Part shown: one piece after another, positions 1 to 8,832 of the stretch | Layout: each line of letters starts with the position of its first letter | How positions within the stretch are numbered: position 1 is the stretch's first letter | Position numbers and translations under genes: made by a program | Assembly: GCA_964638035.1 (NCBI GenBank) | Contig: CAZWXD010000006.1 | Span: forward strand, 274-64,273 | Origin: an uncultured Gemmatimonadaceae bacterium | GTDB taxonomy: Bacteria; Gemmatimonadota; Gemmatimonadetes; Gemmatimonadales; GWC2-71-9 | Length of the DNA stretch: 64,000 nt | Direction of reading: 5' to 3' | Notes under the pieces: model-generated | Database searches by the model: none | Seen by the model: only the letters and a program-made list of their open reading frames with translations | What the model was told of the DNA's origin: nothing

Positions 1-1
1 T

Positions 2-970
2 GCACCGGTGGTCGCCCACAGCCCTGTCCTGGCCGAGGTCATCCACATCCCCAGGGCGCGCAACGTGGCACCTGGCGAGGTCGGGCCGCTGGTGGCGGCG
101 TGGCGAGCGGTCAGGCGGCGCCGCTTCGACGTGGTGCTCGACCTGCACGGTCTTTCCAAGAGCGCGCTGGTGGTGCTCGCCTCGGGGGCCCGCTACCGCT
201 ACGGCTGGGACACGCTGCGTGAGGTCGCCCCGCTCATCTCGCGTCGCATTCCCCGCCGGCCCGGGAGTCACAACGTGGTGGAGCAGTTGCTGGACGTGGC
301 GCACTTTCTCGGCGCGGACACCCGGCACCCCCGGTGTCCGATTGCCACCGGGCCCGAGGAGGAACGCGAGGCCGATGCCGTGCTGGCCGCTGCCGGCGCC
401 AACCCCGCGGGGGAGTGGCTGGTGCTCAACCCGACGGCGGGTGGCGGCGGCAGCAAGGGCCTCGAGCCCACGGTGCTGGCGCGGGCGCTCGACCAGGTCG
501 CCGCCGCTGGCGCCAGCCTGCCGGTGGTGCTGGTGGGGGGCAGGCTCGACCAGGGCCGGGCCGACGCCGTTCAACGCGAGGTGCGCGTGGCTCGTGTGCA
601 TTCGGTGGTGGGGCACACCAGTCTCGGCGCGCTCATGGCCGTCGTCCGGCGCGGCGCCCTGCACCTCGGCGGCGACACCGGTTCATCCCACCTGGCGGCG
701 GCGTTCGGGGTGCCGACGGTGTCCTGGTTCGGGCGCACCGATCCCGCACGCTCTGCGCCCTATGGCAATCGAGGTGAGGTCGTTGAGCACCGCGACCAGT
801 GCGTGGCGGCGTGCCGGGCCCGGCGAACCCACATCAACTCCCCGCAGCGGTGCGTGCTGCGCGAGCCTGCGTGCCTTCCCCTGGTCACGAGCGACGAGAT
901 TGCCGCTGCCACGCTGCGCCTCCTGGCCCGGCCGGCGTCGCCCTCGTCGGTGACGGGGGCCTCCGCATGA
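2..970 (+). CDS. Glycosyltransferase family 9 (LPS heptosyltransferase-like), 5' end cut by window edge
   Basis: Frame is open from the window start. GT9-type C-terminal motif GGDTGSSHLAAAFGVPTVSWFGRTDP. Stop overlaps the next start (ATGA at 967-970). Confidence 0.75.
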   Translation, partial: APVVAHSPVLAEVIHIPRARNVAPGEVGPLVAAWRAVRRRRFDVVLDLHGLSKSALVVLASGARYRYGWDTLREVAPLISRRIPRRPGSHNVVEQLLDVAHFLGADTRHPRCPIATGPEEEREADAVLAAAGANPAGEWLVLNPTAGGGGSKGLEPTVLARALDQVAAAGASLPVVLVGGRLDQGRADAVQREVRVARVHSVVGHTSLGALMAVVRRGALHLGGDTGSSHLAAAFGVPTVSWFGRTDPARSAPYGNRGEVVEHRDQCVAACRARRTHINSPQRCVLREPACLPLVTSDEIAAATLRLLARPASPSSVTGASA

Positions 971-1422
971 GAGTCGCAATGGTCTGCACCGGCAACACCT
1001 GCCGCAGCCCGATGGCCGAGGCCATCCTGCGCCACATCCTCGCGAGGCGGGGAGTGCAGGGCATCGAGGTGCTCTCGGCAGGCATCATGGCGCAGGAGGG
1101 TGAACCGGCCTCCGAAGGCACCTATCTCGTGGCCCTGGAGCACGGACTCGACGTGTCGTCCCACCGGGCCCGCCTCCTGACGGCCGACCTGGCGCGTGGC
1201 GTGGACCTCGTGCTCGCCATGGGACGCGCGCACTGCCAGCGTGCCGCCGACGTGGGTGCAGCGCGCGCCGTCCTGCTGGGCGAGTATGCCGGAGAGGCCG
1301 GGAGCGGCGCGGAAGTCCCGGATCCCTTCGGGGGCAGGTTGGAGCACTACCGCGCCACCTGGGCGCACCTGGAGCGCCTGCTGGAGGCATCGGTGGACCG
1401 CCTGGTGGGGGATGCACGGTGA
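967..1422 (+). CDS. Low-molecular-weight protein-tyrosine phosphatase family
   Basis: N-terminal P-loop MVCTGNTCRSPMAE (C-X5-R-S) and downstream DPFGG motif. ATG at 967 inside ORF 799..1422. 4-nt overlaps with both neighbours. Confidence 0.85.
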   Translation: MRVAMVCTGNTCRSPMAEAILRHILARRGVQGIEVLSAGIMAQEGEPASEGTYLVALEHGLDVSSHRARLLTADLARGVDLVLAMGRAHCQRAADVGAARAVLLGEYAGEAGSGAEVPDPFGGRLEHYRATWAHLERLLEASVDRLVGDAR

Positions 1423-2219
1423 TCACCGGACGCACGCGCGTGTTCGCCGTGCTGGGCGACCCCGTGGCACACTCGCATTCCCCCGCGCTCCAGAACGCCG
1501 CGTTCCGGGTCCTGGGCCTCGACGCGGTCTATGTGGCCCTGCCGTGCACCGCCGCCGAAGTGCCGGCGCTCATGGCGTACCTCGCCCGGCATGGTGGCGG
1601 CGGCAACGTGACGATTCCCCACAAGGCCGTCGCCGCCGCGTCGGTGGAAGCCCCTTCGTCGCTGGTCCGGCAGGTCGGCGCCTGCAACACCTTCTGGGGC
1701 CGCGACGGCGTGGTGCATGGCGACAACACCGATGTCGGCGGCGTGCTCGCGGCGCTGGCGGCGCTCGCGGCGGACGATGATGCCTGGCTGGTCGCGGGCA
1801 CGGGGGGGTCGGCCCGGGCGGTGATCGCGGCCGCGGCGCTGCGCGGCGCGGCCATCGCCGTGGTGTCGCGCGATGCCGGTCGTGCGCGGGCGCTCGAGTC
1901 CTGGGCAATCGAGCAGGGCGTCAGGGTGGCGGAGGCCGGGGAGTGCTCCGTGATGGTCAACGCCACGCCGGTCGGGCTCATCGAGGAGCGTGATCCGATC
2001 CCGCCGGGCCTGGCCCCCCGCGCGCGGGTGGCACTCGACCTCGTGTACCGGCCGGGCGAGACGGCGTGGGTGCGGCACTGCCGGCGCCGGGGCCTGGCCG
2101 CGGCCGACGGTCGCGAGATGCTGGTGCAGCAGGGTGCGCTGGCCTTCGAGCGCTGGTTTGCAGGGATCCGTGCCCCCGTGGACGCCATGCGCGGGGCGGT
2201 TCATGCTGCCCTGGGCTGA
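1419..2219 (+). CDS. aroE: Shikimate dehydrogenase
   Basis: VLGDPVAHSHSPALQNAAF shikimate-binding motif, GTGGSARAV nucleotide-binding loop, typical length of 266 aa. Confidence 0.9.
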   Translation: MITGRTRVFAVLGDPVAHSHSPALQNAAFRVLGLDAVYVALPCTAAEVPALMAYLARHGGGGNVTIPHKAVAAASVEAPSSLVRQVGACNTFWGRDGVVHGDNTDVGGVLAALAALAADDDAWLVAGTGGSARAVIAAAALRGAAIAVVSRDAGRARALESWAIEQGVRVAEAGECSVMVNATPVGLIEERDPIPPGLAPRARVALDLVYRPGETAWVRHCRRRGLAAADGREMLVQQGALAFERWFAGIRAPVDAMRGAVHAALG

Positions 2220-2928
2220 GGTGCAGTCCCTGGTCGACCGCGTTGACCGCCTGTTGCTCCCGGGCGAGTGCCTGCTGTGCCAGGCGCCGCTTGCGGCGGC
2301 CGGACGGGATGCCCTGGTCTGCCCCCTCTGTCGATGGCGGTGGCGTGCGGTGGTACCGCCCTGGTGCGAGCGCTGCGGCCAGCCGGGACTTCCCGACCTC
2401 GCGTGCCGGTTCTGCGCCGACTTCCCCATGGTGCTTCGCCGGGTGCGCAGTGCCTGCTGGCTGCAGGATGGGGCACGCGAGGCGGTGCACCGGCTCAAGT
2501 ACGAGGGCTGGCCGGCGATGGCCCGCCCCATGGCGTCAGCCATGAAGGACATCCCGTTGCCGGAGGGGGCCGCGCTGGTGCCGGTGCCGCTCGGCCGCCG
2601 GCGACTTCGCGCCCGGGGGTACAACCAGGCCCGGGTGCTGGCCGAGGCGCTCGGCCGCCTCCGGCAGCGGCCGGTGCACGACGCGCTCCGGCGCCAGCAC
2701 GAGACGCACTCGCAGACGACGCTCGCGCCGGGTGCCCGCGCCGCGAACGTACAGGACGCATTCGTGGCAGCCGGGCCGCTCCAGGGTACATTTGTGCTCG
2801 TCGACGACGTCTGCACGACGGGCGCGACGCTGGCCGCGGCGGCAGCAGCCCTGTGCGCCGCGGGGGCAGGGCGCGTGGAGGCGGTCACCTTCGCCCGCGC
2901 GCCCCTGCCGGTAGAACTGATGGTATAG
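2203..2928 (+). CDS. comF: ComF-family phosphoribosyltransferase-domain protein
   Basis: Cys-pair-rich N-terminus (CLLC, CPLC, CERC, CRFC) plus PRTase motif VLVDDVCTTGATL. ATG 2203 chosen inside ORF 1990..2928, whose upstream part overlaps aroE. Confidence 0.8.
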   Translation: MLPWAEVQSLVDRVDRLLLPGECLLCQAPLAAAGRDALVCPLCRWRWRAVVPPWCERCGQPGLPDLACRFCADFPMVLRRVRSACWLQDGAREAVHRLKYEGWPAMARPMASAMKDIPLPEGAALVPVPLGRRRLRARGYNQARVLAEALGRLRQRPVHDALRRQHETHSQTTLAPGARAANVQDAFVAAGPLQGTFVLVDDVCTTGATLAAAAAALCAAGAGRVEAVTFARAPLPVELMV

Positions 2929-2988
2929 CGGCGCGTCCCGCGGGGACGCCGCCACGACCGCACCACCAACTGGGGAGAGGGTGAACGG

Positions 2989-3996
2989 ATGGCGCTCAAG
3001 GTTGGGATCAACGGGTTCGGCCGCATCGGACGCAACGTCGTGCGCGCGGCAGTCAAGCAGGGCCTGAAGGACATCGACTTCGTGGCGGTGAACGACCTGA
3101 CCGACACCACCACCCTGGCGCACCTGCTCAAGTACGACTCCGTGCATGGCCGCTTCAATGGCTCGGTCGAGGCCGCGGGCGACGCCATCATCGTCAATGG
3201 CGACCGGATGCGGGTCCTGTCCGAGAAGGATCCCGCGAAGCTGCCCTGGAAGGAGCTCGGGGTGGACATCGTGCTCGAGTCCACCGGGCGGTTCACCGAC
3301 CGGGAACAGGCCACCAAGCACCTCACGGCGGGCGCGAAGAAGGTCGTCATCTCCGCACCGGCCAAGGGCGAGGACATCACCATCGTGTACGGGGTGAACC
3401 ACACGAAGTACGATGCCGCGAAGCACCACATCATCTCCAACGCCAGTTGCACCACCAACTGCCTGGTCCCGGTGGTGCACGTGGTGCGCGAGGCGTTCGG
3501 CTTCCTGAACGGCTTCATGACCACGATCCACTCCTACACCAACGACCAGCAGATCCTCGACCTGCCGCACAAGGACCTGCGCCGGGCACGGGCTGCTGCC
3601 GTTTCCATCATCCCGACCTCCACGGGTGCTGCCAAGGCCACCAGCCTGGTGATCCCCGAGGTGAAGGGGAAGATCGACGGCGTCGCCCTCCGGGTGCCCA
3701 CCCCCGACGTCTCGGTCGTGGCGCTTGCGGCCAACGTCGAGAAGAAGACCACGGCCGATGCCGTGAACGCGGCATTCCGCGCGGCGGCCAACGGGCCGCT
3801 CAAGGGTGTCCTCTTCGTGAGCGACGAACCCCTCGTGTCCGTGGACTACATCGGGAACCTGGCCTCCAGCACCATCGACGCGCTCAGCACCAACGTGGTG
3901 GACGGCACCCTGGTCAACGTGACCTCGTGGTACGACAACGAGATGGGCTATTCCGCGCGCTGCGTGGACCTGATCCGGTACCTCGGCAGCAAGTGA
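2989..3996 (+). CDS. gap: Glyceraldehyde-3-phosphate dehydrogenase, type I
   Basis: [18 protein letters not shown]-terminus, catalytic SNASCTTNC motif, WYDNEMGYS near the C-terminus. Confidence 0.97.
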   Translation: MALKVGINGFGRIGRNVVRAAVKQGLKDIDFVAVNDLTDTTTLAHLLKYDSVHGRFNGSVEAAGDAIIVNGDRMRVLSEKDPAKLPWKELGVDIVLESTGRFTDREQATKHLTAGAKKVVISAPAKGEDITIVYGVNHTKYDAAKHHIISNASCTTNCLVPVVHVVREAFGFLNGFMTTIHSYTNDQQILDLPHKDLRRARAAAVSIIPTSTGAAKATSLVIPEVKGKIDGVALRVPTPDVSVVALAANVEKKTTADAVNAAFRAAANGPLKGVLFVSDEPLVSVDYIGNLASSTIDALSTNVVDGTLVNVTSWYDNEMGYSARCVDLIRYLGSK

Positions 3997-5204
3997 TGAA
4001 GCGAAACCTCCAGCAACTCGCCCAGGCGGGCCCCGACGGCCGCCGGGCCCTGGACGGCGCACGTGCGCTCGTGCGCGTCGACTTCAACACGCCGGTGAAG
4101 GACGGCGCGGTGACGGACAACACCCGGATTCGCGCGGCCCTGCCAACGATCCGCTTCCTCCGGGACCAGGGCGCGCGCGTGGTCCTGATGTCCCATTTCG
4201 GGCGCCCGAAGAAAGGCCCCGACCCGGCATTCTCCCTGGCGCCGGTAGTGCGGGAACTGGAAAAGCTCCTCGGGGCACCGGTGCTGTTCATTCAGGATCC
4301 CCTCGCCGATGACGCCGTCGCCGCCACCAGGCGGATGCCCCGCGGCGGCGTGGCGCTCCTCGAGAACACCCGCTTCCTCCCCGGTGAGGAAACCAACGAC
4401 GCCGGCCTCGCGGCGAAGCTCGCCCGGCTGGGCGACCTCTACGTCAACGACGCCTTCGGGTCGGCCCACCGGGCGCATGCCAGCACCGAGGCCATTGCCC
4501 GCGTGCTCAAGCCCGCCGTGTCCGGATTCCTCATGGAGCAGGAACTCCGCTACCTGGGCCAGGCGCTGGACCACCCCAGGCGGCCCTTCGTTGCGGTGCT
4601 GGGTGGCGCCAAGGTCTCGGGGAAGATCGACCTCATCGAGGCGCTCCTCCCCAGGGCGGACGCCATCCTCATCGGGGGTGCCATGGCCTGCACCTTCTTC
4701 CGGGCCATGGGCCTCGAGACAGGCACGTCCCTGGTGGAGGCCGACCGGGTCGACATGGCGAAGGCCCTGGTGGGGAGGGCAGGGAGCAAGCTGGTGCTCC
4801 CGTCAGGCGCGGTCATCGCCGAGAAGCTGGCTGCAGGCGTCTCAACCCGTACCGTGCCGCGCGACCAGATCCCCGGGGGCTGGGCGATGTTCGACATCGA
4901 CCCCGCCACCGAGAACGACTTCGCAGCACGCATCGGCGGGGCGGGCACCGTCGTCTGGAATGGGCCGATGGGGGTCTTCGAGACGCCACCGTTCGATCAC
5001 GGCACGCTCGCCATTGCCCACGCCATGGCCGATGCCACGGCGCGCGGCACCATCACTGTCGTCGGCGGAGGGGACTCGGCGGCCGCAGTGGCGGAGGCGG
5101 GCGTGGCCGACCGCATGAGCCATGTCTCCACCGGAGGCGGGGCCTCCCTGGAGTTCCTCGAAGGCAAGGAGCTGCCCGGCGTGGCAGCGCTCGATGACGC
5201 CTGA
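3996..5204 (+). CDS. pgk: Phosphoglycerate kinase
   Basis: [14 protein letters not shown]-like [20 protein letters not shown] and GGGDS motifs. ATG 3996 overlaps the gap stop. The upstream part of ORF 3447..5204 is out of frame over gap. Confidence 0.97.
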   Translation: MKRNLQQLAQAGPDGRRALDGARALVRVDFNTPVKDGAVTDNTRIRAALPTIRFLRDQGARVVLMSHFGRPKKGPDPAFSLAPVVRELEKLLGAPVLFIQDPLADDAVAATRRMPRGGVALLENTRFLPGEETNDAGLAAKLARLGDLYVNDAFGSAHRAHASTEAIARVLKPAVSGFLMEQELRYLGQALDHPRRPFVAVLGGAKVSGKIDLIEALLPRADAILIGGAMACTFFRAMGLETGTSLVEADRVDMAKALVGRAGSKLVLPSGAVIAEKLAAGVSTRTVPRDQIPGGWAMFDIDPATENDFAARIGGAGTVVWNGPMGVFETPPFDHGTLAIAHAMADATARGTITVVGGGDSAAAVAEAGVADRMSHVSTGGGASLEFLEGKELPGVAALDDA

Positions 5205-5962
5205 TGCGACCGCTCATTTTTGCCGCCAACTGGAAGATGCACCACGCGCCCGCCGCGGCGACGGCGTTCGCCTCCCGTTTCCTTGGCCTCACCACTCCGG
5301 TACCGGGTCGCACGCTCTGGTTCTTTCCGCCGGCCGTCTCGCTCGATGCCCTCGCCCTCGCCCTGGGTGGGCGTGCGGACGTGTGCGTGGGCGCGCAGAA
5401 CATCTACTGGGAGCCCAAGGGGGCGTTCACCGGCGAGGTCTCGGCGCCCATGGTGGCGGAGTGCGGCGGACGCGGCGCCCTGGTGGGCCACTCCGAGCGG
5501 CGCCACGTGTTCGGGGAGACCGACGCAGCCACTGCGAAGAAGGTCCGTGCCCTGCTCGACCTCCAGCTCACGCCCATGCTCTGCGTCGGGGAGAAGCTCG
5601 AGGAACGCGAGGCGGGGGCAACCGACAGCGTCGTGGGTCGGCAGCTCGATGCCGTGCTCGATACGCTCTCCCCGGCGGAGGCGGCAACGATGCTCATCGC
5701 GTATGAGCCGGTGTGGGCGATCGGCACGGGCAAGGTGGCCCGGCCGGAGGACGCCAACGCGGTGCATGCGTTCATCCGGCAAAAGCTCGTGGCCCGTGGC
5801 GTCAGCAGTAGGGTGCCGATCCTGTACGGAGGGTCGGTGAACGCGGGCAACGTGGCGGGGCTCCTGGCACAAGCGGAGGTCGACGGCGTGCTGGTGGGCG
5901 GTGCCAGCCTTGAGGCCGAGGCCTGGGCCGGCATCGCCGGCACGCCCGCAGCAGCACCGTAA
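5204..5962 (+). CDS. tpiA: Triosephosphate isomerase
   Basis: AANWKMH, GHSERR and [10 protein letters not shown] motifs. Start overlaps the pgk stop. Confidence 0.95.
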   Translation: MRPLIFAANWKMHHAPAAATAFASRFLGLTTPVPGRTLWFFPPAVSLDALALALGGRADVCVGAQNIYWEPKGAFTGEVSAPMVAECGGRGALVGHSERRHVFGETDAATAKKVRALLDLQLTPMLCVGEKLEEREAGATDSVVGRQLDAVLDTLSPAEAATMLIAYEPVWAIGTGKVARPEDANAVHAFIRQKLVARGVSSRVPILYGGSVNAGNVAGLLAQAEVDGVLVGGASLEAEAWAGIAGTPAAAP

Positions 5963-6040
5963 TCCGGCTTCTCTTTGGGCACCCATCCCTGTAACTTTCA
6001 AGGCTTTGAGTGCCGGCCCTGACCCTTGTAAGAGCATCCC

Positions 6041-6463
6041 ATGTACACGTTCCTCCTCATCCTCCTGATTCTCGATGCCATCCTGCTTTCCGTGGTTGTC
6101 CTGCTGCAGGCGGGGCAGGGAGGGGGGTTGGCCTCGCTCGGTGGCGGCGGCGGAACTGATACCGTCCTTGGCGGGCGCCAGGCGGTCACGATCCTCACCA
6201 AGCTCACTTGGTGGTGTGGGGGCCTCTTCCTGGGCCTCTCCCTCCTGCTCTCGGTGATGCATCGTGGTGCGGGGCAGAGCGACCTGCAGCAGCAACTCCG
6301 CCAGTCGGCGCCGCCCGCGGCGCCCGCCACCGGGGCCCCGTCGCCCCTGCAGGGGCTCACGCCGACGCCGGCACCAGGTGCCGCGGCACCCGCCACCGGA
6401 ACGCCCGCACCGGGGACCGGGGCACCCCCGGCTGCCGCTCCCCCGGTCCAGGCACCGCAGTGA
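6041..6463 (+). CDS. secG: Preprotein translocase subunit SecG with Pro/Ala-rich C-terminal extension
   Basis: Two hydrophobic helices flank a Gly-rich loop ([18 protein letters not shown]). Conserved position after tpiA. C-terminal ~60 aa are low-complexity P/A/G/T. Confidence 0.85.
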   Translation: MYTFLLILLILDAILLSVVVLLQAGQGGGLASLGGGGGTDTVLGGRQAVTILTKLTWWCGGLFLGLSLLLSVMHRGAGQSDLQQQLRQSAPPAAPATGAPSPLQGLTPTPAPGAAAPATGTPAPGTGAPPAAAPPVQAPQ

Positions 6464-6474
6464 CCCAGGGCAGC

Positions 6475-7575
6475 ATGACTGCTCACCCAGCCTTCCTCCT
6501 GCTCGAAGACGGTACCTGGTACGCCGGTTCGGCCCCTCGGGCGGTCGAACCGGCGTTTGGTGAGGCGGTGTTTACCACCAACCTCACGGGATATCAGGAG
6601 ACCTTCACCGACCCCAGTTATCTCGGCCAGATCGTCGTCATGACGGCACCGATGATCGGGAACTACGGCGTCAATCCCGAGGACATGGAGTCGGGCGCGC
6701 CTCAGGTCAGCGGAGTCGTGGTCCGCGAACTCTCTCGACATTACTCGAACTGGCGCGCGGAACTCTCGCTGGATGAATGGCTTGCGCGTGCCGGGGTGCC
6801 GATCATCGAAGGGGTGGATACCCGCCGCCTCACGCGGCATATCCGGGAGCGTGGCGCCATGCGCGGTGTGATCGCACCTGGACTGGCGCCCACCGACGAA
6901 CTGCAGCGGCAGCTCAAGGCATCGCCGTCGATGGAAGGGCTCGACCTCGCCTCGCGTGCCAGCGTACGCGATGGCCGGACCGAGGGGGAGGGTCCGCTGG
7001 TTGTGGCATTCGATTTCGGCATGAAGCGGAATATCGTCCGCATGCTCGTTGACCAGGGCCTTCAGGTGGCGGTGGTGCCTGCAGATACGTCAGCCGACGA
7101 GGTCAGGGCCATGCGGCCCAGCGGGATCTTTCTCTCGAACGGCCCGGGCGATCCTGCGGCGGTTACCTACGCGTTCGACACCATCCGGAGCCTTGCGGGA
7201 GACGGCATTCCGATCTTCGGTATCTGCCTGGGCCACCAGCTCATCGGCCACGCTTTTGGAGGCCGGACGGTGAAGCTTCCCTACGGCCACCGCGGCGGGA
7301 ACCACCCGGTGCGGGATCTCGTGACTGGGCATGTACTTATCACGACCCAGAACCATGGATTCGCCGTGGAGGGCGACGAGAAGGGCATCCCCGGTGCTCC
7401 GGCGCTCGAGGTCACCCATGTCAACCTGAATGACGGGACGATCGAAGGGCTTCGGCACCGCGAACTTCCCGTGTTCGCGGTACAGTATCACCCCGAGGCC
7501 GCGCCTGGCCCGCACGACGCCTACCCGCATTTCCGGGACTTCCACCTCGCGGTCACCCGGACCGCAAGCTCTTGA
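6475..7575 (+). CDS. carA: Carbamoyl-phosphate synthase small (glutaminase) subunit
   Basis: N-terminal CPSase small-chain region ([17 protein letters not shown]) and class-I GATase motifs GICLGHQL and QYHPEA. ATG 6475 inside ORF 6208..7575. Confidence 0.95.
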   Translation: MTAHPAFLLLEDGTWYAGSAPRAVEPAFGEAVFTTNLTGYQETFTDPSYLGQIVVMTAPMIGNYGVNPEDMESGAPQVSGVVVRELSRHYSNWRAELSLDEWLARAGVPIIEGVDTRRLTRHIRERGAMRGVIAPGLAPTDELQRQLKASPSMEGLDLASRASVRDGRTEGEGPLVVAFDFGMKRNIVRMLVDQGLQVAVVPADTSADEVRAMRPSGIFLSNGPGDPAAVTYAFDTIRSLAGDGIPIFGICLGHQLIGHAFGGRTVKLPYGHRGGNHPVRDLVTGHVLITTQNHGFAVEGDEKGIPGAPALEVTHVNLNDGTIEGLRHRELPVFAVQYHPEAAPGPHDAYPHFRDFHLAVTRTASS

Positions 7576-7600
7576 CAGACAACACTTAAGCTCATACGTT
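7572..7600 (+). promoter_or_regulatory. Candidate sigma70-type promoter for the HU/IHF-like gene
   Basis: TTGACA (7572-7577), 17 nt spacer, TACGTT (7595-7600), ~50 nt upstream of ATG 7654. Motif match only. Confidence 0.35.
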
Positions 7601-7653
7601 CGGGCCGTGAGTACGCCCTGAACGGGCGTCAGGCACGCCTCCCCGGGGGATGC

Positions 7654-7998
7654 ATGACCAAGGCCGATCTCGTCGAGCAGGTCACCGCATCGATCGCCCG
7701 CACGTCGGGCCCGATGATCTCCAAGAAGGACTGCGCACGCGTCGTCGATGCATTTCTCGACGCCGTCAAGCTGGCCCTCAAGGAGCAGCACAACATCGAG
7801 GTACGCGGGTTCGGGACCTTCAAGATCCGCAAGCGGAAGACTCGCATGGCGCGGAATCCTCGCACCGGGGAGCCGGTGGAGGTGGCAGCGCGGCCGGTGC
7901 CTGTCTTCAAGCCCAGCAAGGAGTTGCGGGCCCTCGTCGCCGAGGATGGCGAGTTCACCCCATCTTCCGAGGATGGTCCGGAGGGAGACGGCGAGTAG
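7654..7998 (+). CDS. HU/IHF-family DNA-binding protein with acidic C-terminal tail
   Basis: GFGTFKIRKRKTRMARNPRTGEPVEVAARPVPVFKPSKELR is the classic HU/IHF beta-arm. Tail is AEDGEFTPSSEDGPEGDGE. Confidence 0.9.
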   Translation: MTKADLVEQVTASIARTSGPMISKKDCARVVDAFLDAVKLALKEQHNIEVRGFGTFKIRKRKTRMARNPRTGEPVEVAARPVPVFKPSKELRALVAEDGEFTPSSEDGPEGDGE

Positions 7999-8028
7999 CG
8001 GTTGCCCCGCCGGGTCGCATCAACGCTC

Positions 8029-8052
8029 GAGGCCGCGCATGTGCGCGGCCTC
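8029..8052 (+). terminator. Strong palindromic hairpin after the HU/IHF-like gene
   Basis: GAGGCCGCGCATGTGCGCGGCCTC is near-perfectly self-complementary (10-11 bp GC-rich stem) and is followed by GTTAGCTTTG. Located 31 nt after the stop. Confidence 0.6.
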
Positions 8053-8066
8053 GTTAGCTTTGCGAC

Positions 8067-8333
8067 ATGTCCCGGTCAGGCTCGCAGTCCCTCCGCGTCA
8101 CCGTCCTGCTCTTTGCCCGCTACGCTGAGTTGCTGGGCACCCAGTCGCTGGTCCTGGAGTTGTCCCCGCTCGCCACCATTGCGTCAGTGCTGGATGCGCT
8201 CCGCGCGATGCCTGGGGGGCACCTCTTGCCACCCAACCCTTTGGTGGCGCGGAACCACGAGCATGCGACCCCCGGCACGACGCTGGCCGATGGGGATGAA
8301 GTTGCGATCCTGCCCGCGCTTGCCGGTGGCTGA
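8067..8333 (+). CDS. moaD: Molybdopterin synthase sulfur-carrier subunit (MoaD/ThiS family)
   Basis: 88 aa, ubiquitin-like size, C-terminal Gly-Gly (PALAGG), immediately upstream of moaE. Confidence 0.85.
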   Translation: MSRSGSQSLRVTVLLFARYAELLGTQSLVLELSPLATIASVLDALRAMPGGHLLPPNPLVARNHEHATPGTTLADGDEVAILPALAGG

Positions 8334-8334
8334 C

Positions 8335-8832
8335 ATGATCCTGCTCACCGAGCGCCCAGTCGAGTTGGACACGGTCCTGGCGTCGGTCCACCAGCCGGCC
8401 CATGGTGGGCTCGCGTCATTCGTGGGGTTCGTGCGCGATCACCAGCACGGGCGGGTCGTCACCCGGCTTGAATACTCGGCCTACGGCCCCATGGCGCAGG
8501 CCGAGATGGCGCGGATCGCGGCGGAGGCTGCCGCGCGCTGGGCCGCCACCGTGAGTGTCGTGCATCGGGTGGGCACGCTGCAGGTTGGCGACGTCGCCGT
8601 CGCCGTCGCCGTGAGCACGCCGCACCGGGCGGAAGCCTTCGACGCCTGTCGATACGTGATCGAGGAGTTGAAGCGAAGGGTGCCCATCTGGAAGCGAGAG
8701 TACTTCGGCGATGGTTCCGTGGAATGGGTTGACCCAACCAGGCCCGGCCCTGGCCCGGGCACGGCCCCGAACGTGGCCACTCACGCAGAACGCTCGGATG
8801 CCCCGGGCAGGGACGCTGACGGCACCACGTAA
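8335..8832 (+). CDS. moaE: Molybdopterin synthase catalytic subunit
   Basis: GGLASFVGFVRD, RLEYSAY, HRAEAF and PIWKREYF motifs. ATG 8335 is 1 nt after the moaD stop. Confidence 0.9.
   Translation: MILLTERPVELDTVLASVHQPAHGGLASFVGFVRDHQHGRVVTRLEYSAYGPMAQAEMARIAAEAAARWAATVSVVHRVGTLQVGDVAVAVAVSTPHRAEAFDACRYVIEELKRRVPIWKREYFGDGSVEWVDPTRPGPGPGTAPNVATHAERSDAPGRDADGTT

Noticed and set aside
1347-3524. 725-aa reverse-strand ORF over aroE, comF and gap
   Set aside because: It is antisense to well-supported genes and has no motifs. It is a GC artefact.
6290-6460. Degenerate GC-rich DNA repeats that might look like a tandem-repeat or CRISPR-like array
   Set aside because: They lie in frame within secG and encode a Pro/Ala-rich tail. 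There is no repeat-spacer regularity. The same applies to the GDGGG-coding repeats at about 18838-18875.
7999-8066. Possible Moco riboswitch upstream of moaD
   Set aside because: Only 68 nt are available, and most of that is taken up by the simple palindromic terminator of the upstream gene. This is too short and too simple for the multi-stem Moco RNA motif.
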